DNA from: Candidatus Micrarchaeia archaeon
Lineage (GTDB): Archaea; Micrarchaeota; Micrarchaeia; Micrarchaeales; CABMGC01
Direction: 5' to 3'
NCBI GenBank assembly: GCA_049964835.1
Contig: JBMFWW010000004.1
Span: forward strand, 4,161 to 44,445
DNA: 40,285 nucleotides
The notes beneath the pieces were generated by a model, which made no database searches, was not told where the DNA came from, and was given only the letters and a program-made list of their open reading frames with translations. The position numbers and the translations under genes are program-made. Positions 9,489-18,085 of this stretch are shown piece by piece (within the stretch, counting starts at the first letter, position 1; each line of letters opens with the position of its first letter).

Positions 9489-10655
9489 ATGCTTATAGGA
9501 TTAGTTGGTGCACCTAATAAGGGCAAGAGTACATTATTTTCAGCATTGACTACAATAGAGGTCGGAATAGCTGATTATCCATTTACTACAATAAAGCCAA
9601 ATCTAGGAACGACATATTTTACAAAAGAGTGTCCAGATAAAGCATTAGGATTAAAATGCATGCCTAGGAATTCTTTATGCGTCAATAATATTAGAAGAAT
9701 ACCAATCTCAATAACTGATATCGCAGGATTAGTCCCTGGAGCTAGCCTTGGAAAAGGTATGGGCAACCAATTTCTGAGCAATATAGTTGGAGCGGACGCA
9801 TTAATATTAGTTGTTGATTTAACTGGCGAGACTGATTCTAGTGGCAATAAGACACAATTTTATGATCCATATTTAGACATAAAAATGATAAGAGAAGAGC
9901 TTAAATTTTGGTTAAGTGAGATAATTAAAAAACACATGGGAACATTATCAAAAAGCAAAGACGGTATAACTTCTATTAAAACCTTATTATCCTCTTTTAA
10001 AGCAACTAGCAATCAAGTAAAAGAAGCAGCAGAACTTTCAAATTTATCACTTTCATTCATATCCTGGGATGATAAAAACATAGAGCTATTTTCAGAAAAG
10101 TTTCTTTCATTAAATAAACCAATGGTCATAGCCGCTAATAAATTAGACCTTTCAAGTGGCAAAGTACTTACCGAATTAATCGAAAAGGTACCTGATTTAA
10201 AGGTAATTGGTTGCTCAGCAGCAATAGAACTTGCACTGAGAAAAGCAGAAAAATCAGGAGTAATAGAGTATGACATCAATAAATCCTCATTTAATATAAA
10301 AAGTGCAGAACCCGAGCAAAAGAGAGCATTGGATTTTATATCAGAATACCTTAGTAAGCACAATGGTACGGGTGTTCAAGAGTTAATAAATTATGTAACT
10401 ACAAAACTACTAAAGCAAATTGTTGCATATCCAGTTGAAAATGATACTAAATATACAGATCATTTTGGAAATGTACTGCCAGATGCAATTTTAATGACGC
10501 AAGGCAGTACTGCATTAGATCTAGCTTCAAAAATACATACTGATCTTGCTGAAAAAATGATTTATGCTATCGACGCAAGGAAAAAAAGTAGAATTTCAAA
10601 AGAATATTTATTAAAAGATAACGATATAATAAAAATAGTTAGCGCAGCAAAATAA
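9489..10655 (+). CDS. Obg-family translation-associated GTPase/ATPase (YchF/DRG-like) with C-terminal TGS-like domain
   Basis: G1 GLVGAPNKGKST, the Obg-family motif YPFTTIKPNLG, G3 DIAGLVPGA and G4 ANKLD. The C-terminus ...KEYLLKDNDIIKIV resembles a TGS domain. Confidence 0.85.
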   Translation: MLIGLVGAPNKGKSTLFSALTTIEVGIADYPFTTIKPNLGTTYFTKECPDKALGLKCMPRNSLCVNNIRRIPISITDIAGLVPGASLGKGMGNQFLSNIVGADALILVVDLTGETDSSGNKTQFYDPYLDIKMIREELKFWLSEIIKKHMGTLSKSKDGITSIKTLLSSFKATSNQVKEAAELSNLSLSFISWDDKNIELFSEKFLSLNKPMVIAANKLDLSSGKVLTELIEKVPDLKVIGCSAAIELALRKAEKSGVIEYDINKSSFNIKSAEPEQKRALDFISEYLSKHNGTGVQELINYVTTKLLKQIVAYPVENDTKYTDHFGNVLPDAILMTQGSTALDLASKIHTDLAEKMIYAIDARKKSRISKEYLLKDNDIIKIVSAAK

Positions 10656-10709
10656 TATAATTTACAAAGAAACCATTTTAAGCTTTTACAGACAAAATAT
10701 AGTGATGCA

Positions 10710-11624
10710 ATGCGAGTAAATAAGCAAAATAATAAACTATTTGTATATATCTCTTCAGATGTAATAAACTCCTTAAATTTAAAAGAAAATGATGAGATAG
10801 AATTCTTACCTTTTAATAACAAATCATTTCTAATAGCAAAAAAGAATGATCTTACAGCTTTGCTTACTGGAAGTATACAAAATAAGCCAGAAATTATTGA
10901 ATCTCAAAAGACATCTCAAAACATAACACAACAAAATCAAAATACTTTATCGAAAATATCAAATGAAGAAATAATTGTGCTTAAAAAACTTGATGAATTG
11001 AGGTATACCAACAGAACAGTCGAGAATGTAAATAAAATACTTGATGTTAAGTTCAGATCTGTGCTTCAACAACTTCTAAAGAAAAAAGCAGTTTTTTTGC
11101 TAAAAGACAAAGATGGTAAAGAACACTACAGCATATCAAAATATGTTTATGACACATTCTTAATGAGAAAGAAAACAAATTCTAATTTAGAGCAATCAAA
11201 GCAGATTTATAATAACCCACAAACAAAAAGTTTTAATAATGCGAATTCAAGATTTTTTTATTTAAAGAAAATACCAGAAGAACAGGAAAATGCAGAAGTA
11301 GAGTATCTTGATAAGAATGGGTATATTGTTCTTCAAACTGAGGCTGAAGCTGCAAGCATATCTAGTCATCTAGAAGAAAGCATAAGACAAGGTATGATTC
11401 TTGGCACAAGAGCCTTTAATAAAAAGTTCTATATTGTTACAAGATCATTTTTTGAAAAGTATTCTGCTAATATTATAAAATCCTTAAGGCAAAATCCTAT
11501 GAAGGTATCTGAGATTTCAGAAAAAGAAGGATTAAATGAGGACGCAGTTAGAGGCATATTATACTTACTTTCTGAAGCTGGAGATATACGAGAGCAAAGG
11601 CGTGATGTATTTTCAATAGCATAA
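10710..11624 (+). CDS. Hypothetical protein with AbrB/SpoVT-like N-terminus and predicted winged-helix segments
   Basis: 304-aa ORF with coding-like composition. The N-terminus LFVYISSDVINSLNLKENDEIEFLPFNNKSFLIAKK resembles a swapped-hairpin AbrB-type fold. The C-terminus MKVSEISEKEGLNEDAVRGILYLLSEAGDIRE looks like a wHTH. No family was recognised. Confidence 0.45.
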   Translation: MRVNKQNNKLFVYISSDVINSLNLKENDEIEFLPFNNKSFLIAKKNDLTALLTGSIQNKPEIIESQKTSQNITQQNQNTLSKISNEEIIVLKKLDELRYTNRTVENVNKILDVKFRSVLQQLLKKKAVFLLKDKDGKEHYSISKYVYDTFLMRKKTNSNLEQSKQIYNNPQTKSFNNANSRFFYLKKIPEEQENAEVEYLDKNGYIVLQTEAEAASISSHLEESIRQGMILGTRAFNKKFYIVTRSFFEKYSANIIKSLRQNPMKVSEISEKEGLNEDAVRGILYLLSEAGDIREQRRDVFSIA

Positions 11625-11634
11625 TATATCAAAT

Positions 11635-13344
11635 TCACAGATGATTTTTATTTTCAACAAAATAATCTCCTATAAACATGTATCTTGTTTTAGTGTCATT
11701 TGCAGCAATTATTACGTCTTCAGGTTCCATCGCTATTGGCATACCATGTATGTTTAAGCTTGTATTAAGAACTACACCTATACCCTCAAATTTTTTAATA
11801 TGCTTTAGAAGTTGCATATAGCTTTTATTTTCAATTCCAACCATCTGGGGTCTTGCTGTTTTATCAATATGCATGACTGAGTTCATTTTTTCAACAAATG
11901 GCTCCTTTACTCTGTAGGCCATAGTCATAAATTTATTATAACGACCGTTAGAATTTTCAAATATTCTATCCTTTTCTTCTTCTAATATGGAAGGTGCAAA
12001 TGGTTGGAACCACTCTCTTTTCTTAACAAATAAATTTAACCTATCCTTCACCTTTTCGGAACTTGCTTTTGCTATAATACTCCTATTTCCAAGGGCTCTA
12101 GGTCCATACTCCATTCTTCCCTGAAACCAAAATAAATAATTATCATTTCTTATCAACTCTGCAGCGTGCTTTGTTTTTTCGTTAGGGTCTTCAAGCTCGA
12201 AATAAAGATTTTTATGTTTTTTAAGCTCTTTTTTAATGTAGTCATCGTTGTACTCATTTCCTAAATATGCATTGTCAAAAGTATATTCTGATATCTGATT
12301 TAGTTTATAATTTACTGACATTGCTGCGCCAAGCGCTATTCCTCCATCTCCCATATGTGGAAATACAAAAATATCTTTTATTCCAGTTTCTTCTCTAATT
12401 CTCATATTTGCTTTTACATTTGACATTGTGCCTCCTGAAACACTAAAATACTTAAGGCCATATTCGCTATTTAAATTTTTAAAATATTTAACTAATACTT
12501 CTTCGAGAAGCTGTTGCGACATATACGCAAGTTGTTCTCTTGGAGTGTTCCATGCAATTTTAGAAAGAACTTTATACTGTTTTATTGGTCCATACTTTGC
12601 TTTTATATCTATTCCATTAACTTCAAATAGTGTCTTTAATTTATTATCTTTAAAAGAAAAAGGATATGAGTAATCTGCCATAGCCATTATCTTTCCTTCA
12701 TCTTCAAGCTCTCTCATACCTAATATGTTAGTTATCTGCTCATAAAATATGCCTATTGAATTTCTTGCTGATATCTCATGTTCCTTAGTTATAGTATTAT
12801 TTTCATATGTTGAAATAGAAGAACACTTACCATCTCCTACTCCATCAAGCGTAACGATAAGCTGCTTCTTAAATCCGGATGTAAATGCAGCAGTAGCCGC
12901 ATGAGCTTCATGATGATCTATAGCATAAAGTTTAAAATCACTAAATCCCATAGTTTTCAAAGATTTAGAAACTTCGTACTTACTAATTGTTGAGCAAAGC
13001 GGTAGAACACCTATACTTGTCATTGCGTACTTTTGATAATGCATAAGATTTTCAAAGTTGGGTTTTTGCATTTTTCTTCTTCTAAATTTATAATAATACT
13101 CTTTTTGAGCAGGAAAAATTCTTGATATTGTTTTTGTAAGTTCTAAAGTAGGAAAAGCTATAGTTTTTACATCCTTCGGAGATATTTTTGCAAAATTTAA
13201 TGCTGCTCTTATTGAGTTATATGGAAATTTTATTTCTAGCTTTCTTTTTGTAAATCTTTCTTCATTTGCAGCATAAAGTATCTTATTATCCTTTATTAAT
13301 GCTGCTCCGGAATCGTGTCCGTCCCATATTCCTAATATATACAT
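11635..13344 (-). CDS. Carbamoyltransferase, NodU/CmcH (TobZ-like) family
   Basis: The N-terminus MYILGIWDGHDSGAALIKDNKILYAANEERFTKRK is the typical ASKHA-like start of this family. Also HHEAHAATA and the C-terminal block RPQMV...LNTSLNIHGMPI. Start moved to ATG 13344. Confidence 0.85.
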   Translation of the reverse strand: MYILGIWDGHDSGAALIKDNKILYAANEERFTKRKLEIKFPYNSIRAALNFAKISPKDVKTIAFPTLELTKTISRIFPAQKEYYYKFRRRKMQKPNFENLMHYQKYAMTSIGVLPLCSTISKYEVSKSLKTMGFSDFKLYAIDHHEAHAATAAFTSGFKKQLIVTLDGVGDGKCSSISTYENNTITKEHEISARNSIGIFYEQITNILGMRELEDEGKIMAMADYSYPFSFKDNKLKTLFEVNGIDIKAKYGPIKQYKVLSKIAWNTPREQLAYMSQQLLEEVLVKYFKNLNSEYGLKYFSVSGGTMSNVKANMRIREETGIKDIFVFPHMGDGGIALGAAMSVNYKLNQISEYTFDNAYLGNEYNDDYIKKELKKHKNLYFELEDPNEKTKHAAELIRNDNYLFWFQGRMEYGPRALGNRSIIAKASSEKVKDRLNLFVKKREWFQPFAPSILEEEKDRIFENSNGRYNKFMTMAYRVKEPFVEKMNSVMHIDKTARPQMVGIENKSYMQLLKHIKKFEGIGVVLNTSLNIHGMPIAMEPEDVIIAANDTKTRYMFIGDYFVENKNHL

Positions 13345-13415
13345 AAAACCAGTAAATAATAACATGGATTACTATTTAAATTATATACCTAATTTAATTG
13401 TATGTATGCTATTAT

Positions 13416-13571
13416 TTACAACAACAAGAAATGATCTAATAGTACTATCAAAACTGCAAAAGCAAATACGGTAATAAGTACAAATTTTGGATTCATTAGC
13501 GGTCCTCTTTCAGGTGCATCATAAAAACTCATTATGCCTGCTTGCTGTGTAGGTGTAGATAATGTTGCCAT
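13416..13571 (-). CDS. Preprotein translocase subunit Sec61 beta (archaeal SecG/Sbh1 homologue), 51 aa
   Basis: Hand translation gives MATLSTPTQQAGIMSFYDAPERGPLMNPKFVLITVFAFAVLIVLLDHFLLL*. The AG-x-x-x-Y-D/E motif followed by P-K-x-V and one C-terminal TM helix is the tail-anchored Sec61-beta pattern. The gene is below the ORF-track length cutoff. Confidence 0.7.
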   Translation of the reverse strand: MATLSTPTQQAGIMSFYDAPERGPLMNPKFVLITVFAFAVLIVLLDHFLLL

Positions 13572-13693
13572 TTTAATCACATACATATTGTTGATTAATT
13601 ATAAAAAGCTTTCAGTCTAACATTTTTATTTAACAATGCTTAATAATAAATACTTTTAATAAAATAATATACACGATTTTAATAAGTGCTAAA

Positions 13694-15406
13694 ATGATTA
13701 TCGGATATACAATAACTACCTCTGTTTTAATTTCTTTTGTAGTGCTGATTTTTGCAGTAATTTTTTACAGAAAGAATCTCAACTCATTGCTAAAAAAACA
13801 TATAAATAAATATACACTTCTAGGATTAGTACTAATACTTGCATTTTTCATATCTTTGATGCTTATTTTTATTCATCCTGTCGAACAGCTGTTTTTTGAT
13901 GAAAATATATATCAAGGAATAGCATTGAACATTGTACATAGCGGTAATAGTCTTTGGTGCCAGTATGGAACCGGTCTTTTAACACATTGTTATTCAAATC
14001 AATTATATCACGATCCAGTAGGTATTTTTGTATTCTTAGGAATAGTTCTTATGCTCTTCGGTCCAGGACCTCAAACTGCATATAATTTTCAATTATTTAT
14101 AGGAATTTTATCAATAATCGGTGTATTTCTATTATCAAGCATTATTACAGAAAGAAAGGCATTAGCACCAATATCTACCTTTATTTTTTCGTTAATACCT
14201 GAAGTTATTATTTGGTCAAGAACACAGGCAGCTCCAGATTTATACTTTATGATGTTTACTACTTTTTCATTTTTCTTTTTTATAGTGTTTACAAAAAATG
14301 AGAACAAAACAACTCTAATATTATTTTTGTCATCTCTTTCTCTAGCATTTTATTCAAGAATAGAAAGTTTTTTACTAATGCCTATTTTCATAATATTATA
14401 CTTTATATTTGGAGATGCGCAGATTAAAGTAACTATTAAAAAAAGAGCCATGCTCTTAAAACGAATGATATCTGATTATAACTGGCTTATAATACTGCTT
14501 TTCTTTTTTCTAATTTTTGCATCACAAGGGCTTTATATATACCTTGAAAACCAATCACCGCAGTACGGCCAGGCATCAAATCAAAGTGTAATATCTATTT
14601 CTAACTTTAAACAAAATATCACTCCAAATGCAGAGTTTCTATTAGGAACAACAACAAACTATCCAAGCATTTCAAGTATTAACTTGTTGGCATTAGCTAT
14701 TCTTGGCTTTATCTTTATAATAATATTTAAAAGAATAAAAAATAGATTGGGCATATTTCTCATGCTTATTCTTTCTATACTACTCTTTTTTATTTTCTAT
14801 ACTTCTTTCTATGCTGGATCTGTAAATTATGGTGTAGATGTAAGATTCATGTTGGAACTTATGCCATTTATTGCAATAGCTGCAGGATTTGGAGTGTTAG
14901 GACTTACGGACATTGTATATTTTGGATTTAAAAAATTATTGAAAGTTAAAAAGGAAGTATTTTTACTTATTCTAAGCACAATTTTAATAATTACAGTAAT
15001 AATTCCATTTTATTTAATAATTCCGTATATAACAATACCAGTAAATGAAATGCCTCAAGAATACTTTAATACTCAAGCTACTTCATTTATATACAATAAT
15101 TACCAAAAAGTACCTACAAGCTGTCTTGTCTTTTCATTCACACCCGATATATGGTATGAATTAAATAGGAGCGCGGCTCAGGTTTCTTATATGAGCGAAT
15201 TAAATTCAAATACAAGCAACAATCTATTCAAAAATTATTCATGTTTTGTTTTTGATTATGGATATTGGTGCACAGTTTCTGAATTTAGTTCTTCAACTTG
15301 TGGTTCTCAATTATTTAGTTACAATACATCTGTTTTAGCTACAGAGAGAAATTCAGAAGGATCAAATTTTACATTATATAAGATAAATAACGCTACAAGT
15401 AAGTAG
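13694..15406 (+). CDS. GT-C fold glycosyltransferase (PMT/ArnT-like, GT39/GT83-type), polytopic membrane protein
   Basis: About 12-13 predicted TM helices. The first external loop carries FFDENIYQ (a DE motif as in PMT/ArnT-type lipid-linked sugar transferases). A soluble C-terminal domain of about 120 aa is rich in N-x-S/T. Confidence 0.65.
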   Translation: MIIGYTITTSVLISFVVLIFAVIFYRKNLNSLLKKHINKYTLLGLVLILAFFISLMLIFIHPVEQLFFDENIYQGIALNIVHSGNSLWCQYGTGLLTHCYSNQLYHDPVGIFVFLGIVLMLFGPGPQTAYNFQLFIGILSIIGVFLLSSIITERKALAPISTFIFSLIPEVIIWSRTQAAPDLYFMMFTTFSFFFFIVFTKNENKTTLILFLSSLSLAFYSRIESFLLMPIFIILYFIFGDAQIKVTIKKRAMLLKRMISDYNWLIILLFFFLIFASQGLYIYLENQSPQYGQASNQSVISISNFKQNITPNAEFLLGTTTNYPSISSINLLALAILGFIFIIIFKRIKNRLGIFLMLILSILLFFIFYTSFYAGSVNYGVDVRFMLELMPFIAIAAGFGVLGLTDIVYFGFKKLLKVKKEVFLLILSTILIITVIIPFYLIIPYITIPVNEMPQEYFNTQATSFIYNNYQKVPTSCLVFSFTPDIWYELNRSAAQVSYMSELNSNTSNNLFKNYSCFVFDYGYWCTVSEFSSSTCGSQLFSYNTSVLATERNSEGSNFTLYKINNATSK

Positions 15407-15471
15407 ATGCTTAAAATAAGTAAATACTTTAAGAATTGTAAACTTAAAATAAAGTGTAAAAATAGTAAAAA

Positions 15472-16278
15472 TCAAATCTTAATTTTTCTAAATCTTCTAC
15501 TTTTTATAAATGATCTAAGTATCAAAACTAAAAATATTATTATGATTATTACAAAAAATAGGTAAAACGGATTTATATTTAAAAAAGAAGACATAGTTTT
15601 TTTAGATGTTGCATTGATTATTATTGTTTGATATGAGGAATAAGTTAAGTTATTACTTTTATAAGCTGCAAGTATAAATCCAGTATAACTGCCACCAGAA
15701 ACCAATGAACTTATATTAAAGTAAACATTTTTTTTAGTTAGTGGTTTTATATTTTCATAATAGTAATTACTTGATATGCTCTTAAATTCTTCCGGTACAA
15801 TTAATGAAACGTTTACTTCTTGCGCAGTATTTCCTGAATTAAATACAGTGACATTAATTAAATAATTTGGAGAATTTACAGTTATATTTTTGGTAATCAG
15901 TAATTGGCTTTGAGTTGCGTTGAAAAAGTTATCAACACATGGAAAAATAGCAGAAAATATCGAAGAACTTTGTTGATAAGAAACTACTATGTAATTAACA
16001 TATGTCCCTTTTGCAGTTACATTTGTTAGAGTAATATTTAAATTATTAGAGCTATCTGGACCTATTGAAGAAATATAAAAATGTCCATTAGATGTAGCAT
16101 AACTAATTTTTGGATCAATATTTAGGTTGTAAGCCGCATCATTTCCAGAGTTGCTAAGATTAAAAATTATATAATTATTATTTAGTTGTTTAGTGCACGT
16201 TCCAGTTAATGTGACAGTCCCAGCATATACAAATCCAAAAATAATAACGCTAAAGAGTATAAAAACAAATTTTTTCAT
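15472..16278 (-). CDS. Secreted, C-terminally anchored surface protein with CARDB-like repeats, sequon-dense
   Basis: Signal peptide MKKFVFILFSVIIFGFVYAG, and a C-terminal TM helix plus basic tail (FFVIIIIIFLVLILRSFIKSRRFRKIKI). Two units resemble CARDB (FNLSNSGNDAAYNLNI, VTVFNSGNTAQEVNVSL). About 10 N-x-S/T sequons in 268 aa. Confidence 0.6.
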   Translation of the reverse strand: MKKFVFILFSVIIFGFVYAGTVTLTGTCTKQLNNNYIIFNLSNSGNDAAYNLNIDPKISYATSNGHFYISSIGPDSSNNLNITLTNVTAKGTYVNYIVVSYQQSSSIFSAIFPCVDNFFNATQSQLLITKNITVNSPNYLINVTVFNSGNTAQEVNVSLIVPEEFKSISSNYYYENIKPLTKKNVYFNISSLVSGGSYTGFILAAYKSNNLTYSSYQTIIINATSKKTMSSFLNINPFYLFFVIIIIIFLVLILRSFIKSRRFRKIKI

Positions 16279-16370
16279 AAAATCAATTAAATATTATAGA
16301 TATAATAATTAAATCTACTTATCTATTAATAAATACTGATAAGTTAAAATATAAATTAATTAGTGTAAAC

Positions 16371-17144
16371 ATGCCAAGAAAACTTAGTAAAAGAAAACAG
16401 CCAGATAGAGATATCCACCTTATACATGAAGTTCAGAAAATAGAGAACGGCGTCTTTGATAAAAAAACATTAATGATTCTTGCAAAATTTTTTAATCATA
16501 AGATAGTTTCAGAACTCATGTTTGTGATTTCTACCGGAAAAGAAGCAAACGCATACCTGGCAAAATCAGGAGACTCTATTCAGGATGAATTTGTAGTTTT
16601 AAAGATATTTCGAGTTCAGAACTCTAACTTTCAAAATCGCATAAAATACATGCAAGGTGATCCAAGATTTGGTACATTGAATAAGAAAATGCAATCTATA
16701 GTAACTTTATGGTGTAAAAAAGAGTTCGGAAATCTAAAAATTGCTTATGAATTGGGAGTTGCAGTTCCAAGACCAATAAAAGCAATAGATAATGTATTGG
16801 CAATGGAGTTTATCTACACATCAAATGGATCTCCAGCACCAATGCTAAAAGATATAACTCTTAATAATCCTACTAAAGTCTTAGATGAAATTATTAAAAA
16901 TATAGGATTATTATATAAGGGGAAAATGGTTCATTCAGATTTAAGCGAGTATAATATACTTATAAAAAATGTTGATGAAGAAGAAAAGGCAGTTTTTATA
17001 GATATGGGGCAAGCCATAGTATATGGCCATCCTAAATTTGAAGAGTACTTAAAACGAGATGTATCTGTAATCTTGGCACATTTTTCAAAAAAATACAAAA
17101 TAGATAATAGTTTAGATCAAGTATTAGAAAAGATAAAACTCTAA
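16371..17144 (+). CDS. rio1: RIO-type serine protein kinase (Rio1-like)
   Basis: ISTGKEANAY (RIO nucleotide loop), VLKIF (catalytic Lys region), VHSDLSEYNIL (catalytic loop) and FIDMGQA (metal-binding loop). Confidence 0.9.
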   Translation: MPRKLSKRKQPDRDIHLIHEVQKIENGVFDKKTLMILAKFFNHKIVSELMFVISTGKEANAYLAKSGDSIQDEFVVLKIFRVQNSNFQNRIKYMQGDPRFGTLNKKMQSIVTLWCKKEFGNLKIAYELGVAVPRPIKAIDNVLAMEFIYTSNGSPAPMLKDITLNNPTKVLDEIIKNIGLLYKGKMVHSDLSEYNILIKNVDEEEKAVFIDMGQAIVYGHPKFEEYLKRDVSVILAHFSKKYKIDNSLDQVLEKIKL

Positions 17145-17157
17145 TTTTGATATGTTA

Positions 17158-17463
17158 TTATACTGGTATTTCAAAACCTTTCTGCTTGAGTAGGGATTTG
17201 TCCATTACGCTGTATCTCCATATTATATCCCCTCTTTCATTCCTTTGGATTTCCCATGGTTTTACTAATACAATATCTCCTTCTTTTACCCAAAAACGCC
17301 TCTTTAGCCTTCCTGGTATAGAGCATGTGCGTTCTATCTTATCCGAACAAAAAACAATAAAATTAGTGGCTCCTAGTGATTTTGTTACAACTCCTACCAA
17401 TTCACCACTTTTTGGAATCATAAGTCTTGGCTGTTCTATTACTCCTCCTTTTTTATGTTGCAT
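17158..17463 (-). CDS. eif1a: Translation initiation factor aIF-1A
   Basis: S1/OB core GVVTKSLGATNFIVFCSDKIERTCSIPGRLKRRFWVKEGDIVLVKPWE...GDIIWRY. ATG 17463 lies 8 nt after the aIF-2 beta stop. Confidence 0.9.
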   Translation of the reverse strand: MQHKKGGVIEQPRLMIPKSGELVGVVTKSLGATNFIVFCSDKIERTCSIPGRLKRRFWVKEGDIVLVKPWEIQRNERGDIIWRYSVMDKSLLKQKGFEIPV

Positions 17464-17471
17464 ATTTTCGC

Positions 17472-17879
17472 CTAATATATTTTTACAGTGTATCTTGCAC
17501 CACACGCTTCACAAACTATGGTTACATAACCTCTGTCTCTTTGCTCAAATCGCGTATCTGGTTTTTTACACTCTTTACATATAACGTAAGTCTTAAAGTA
17601 CATTTCTATTTTAGTTTTGAGTGATTGCTGATTAATCTTTGCACTTATCTCAAGAACATGATTATTTATGCTTACAGGAGCAGCTAGTTCTTTACTTAGA
17701 TACTTTGCTATATCCTCCTGAGATCTTCTAGCTTTGTCAGATATTTGATCTATATTTTTCAATATAGTCTTACTTCCTTGCACCAAGCTATCTACTTGTG
17801 GTATTTCAAAGTCAGACTTCTCAACCGATAAGGTAGGAAGCTCTTTGAAGGCTTTGTCTAATAGTTGATCATAATTCAA
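17472..17879 (-). CDS. eif2b: Translation initiation factor aIF-2 beta subunit
   Basis: (M)NYDQLLDKAFKELP... N-terminus and C-terminal zinc ribbon CKECKKPDT...CEACGA. I prefer TTG 17879, which is preceded by GGTG 7 nt upstream. The track's TTG 17906 is the alternative. Confidence 0.85.
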   Translation of the reverse strand: MNYDQLLDKAFKELPTLSVEKSDFEIPQVDSLVQGSKTILKNIDQISDKARRSQEDIAKYLSKELAAPVSINNHVLEISAKINQQSLKTKIEMYFKTYVICKECKKPDTRFEQRDRGYVTIVCEACGARYTVKIY

Positions 17880-18085
17880 AAATGCACCAATACATTTTAG
17901 TAGCAAAATTATTAATATATGTTGTTTTTAAGGATTTGAAATGATCTGCTTTCACTTTTGCTAATTAATCTTAATTTATCTATTTTAACTTATTAATCAA
18001 ATAAATGTGACAAATAATACCAAACAAATTGAGAATATTTTAATATTTATGCTGTAAATATATAAAACTATCTTGAGTTCATTAG

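Noticed and set aside
15254-15268. A DYGYW sequence in the GT-C protein that resembles the WWDYG motif of the oligosaccharyltransferase AglB.
   Set aside because: The motif is not WWDYG. It sits about 70 residues into the C-terminal soluble domain rather than directly after the last TM helix. The protein is much shorter than typical AglB, and loop 1 has the PMT/ArnT-style DE motif. I called it a generic GT-C enzyme instead.
17147-17584. A 145-aa plus-strand ORF in the track that spans the aIF-1A and aIF-2 beta region.
   Set aside because: It is entirely antisense to two genes with unmistakable family motifs. Its sequence is Cys/Leu/Ile/Phe-rich low-information text with no recognisable motif, so it is a shadow ORF.
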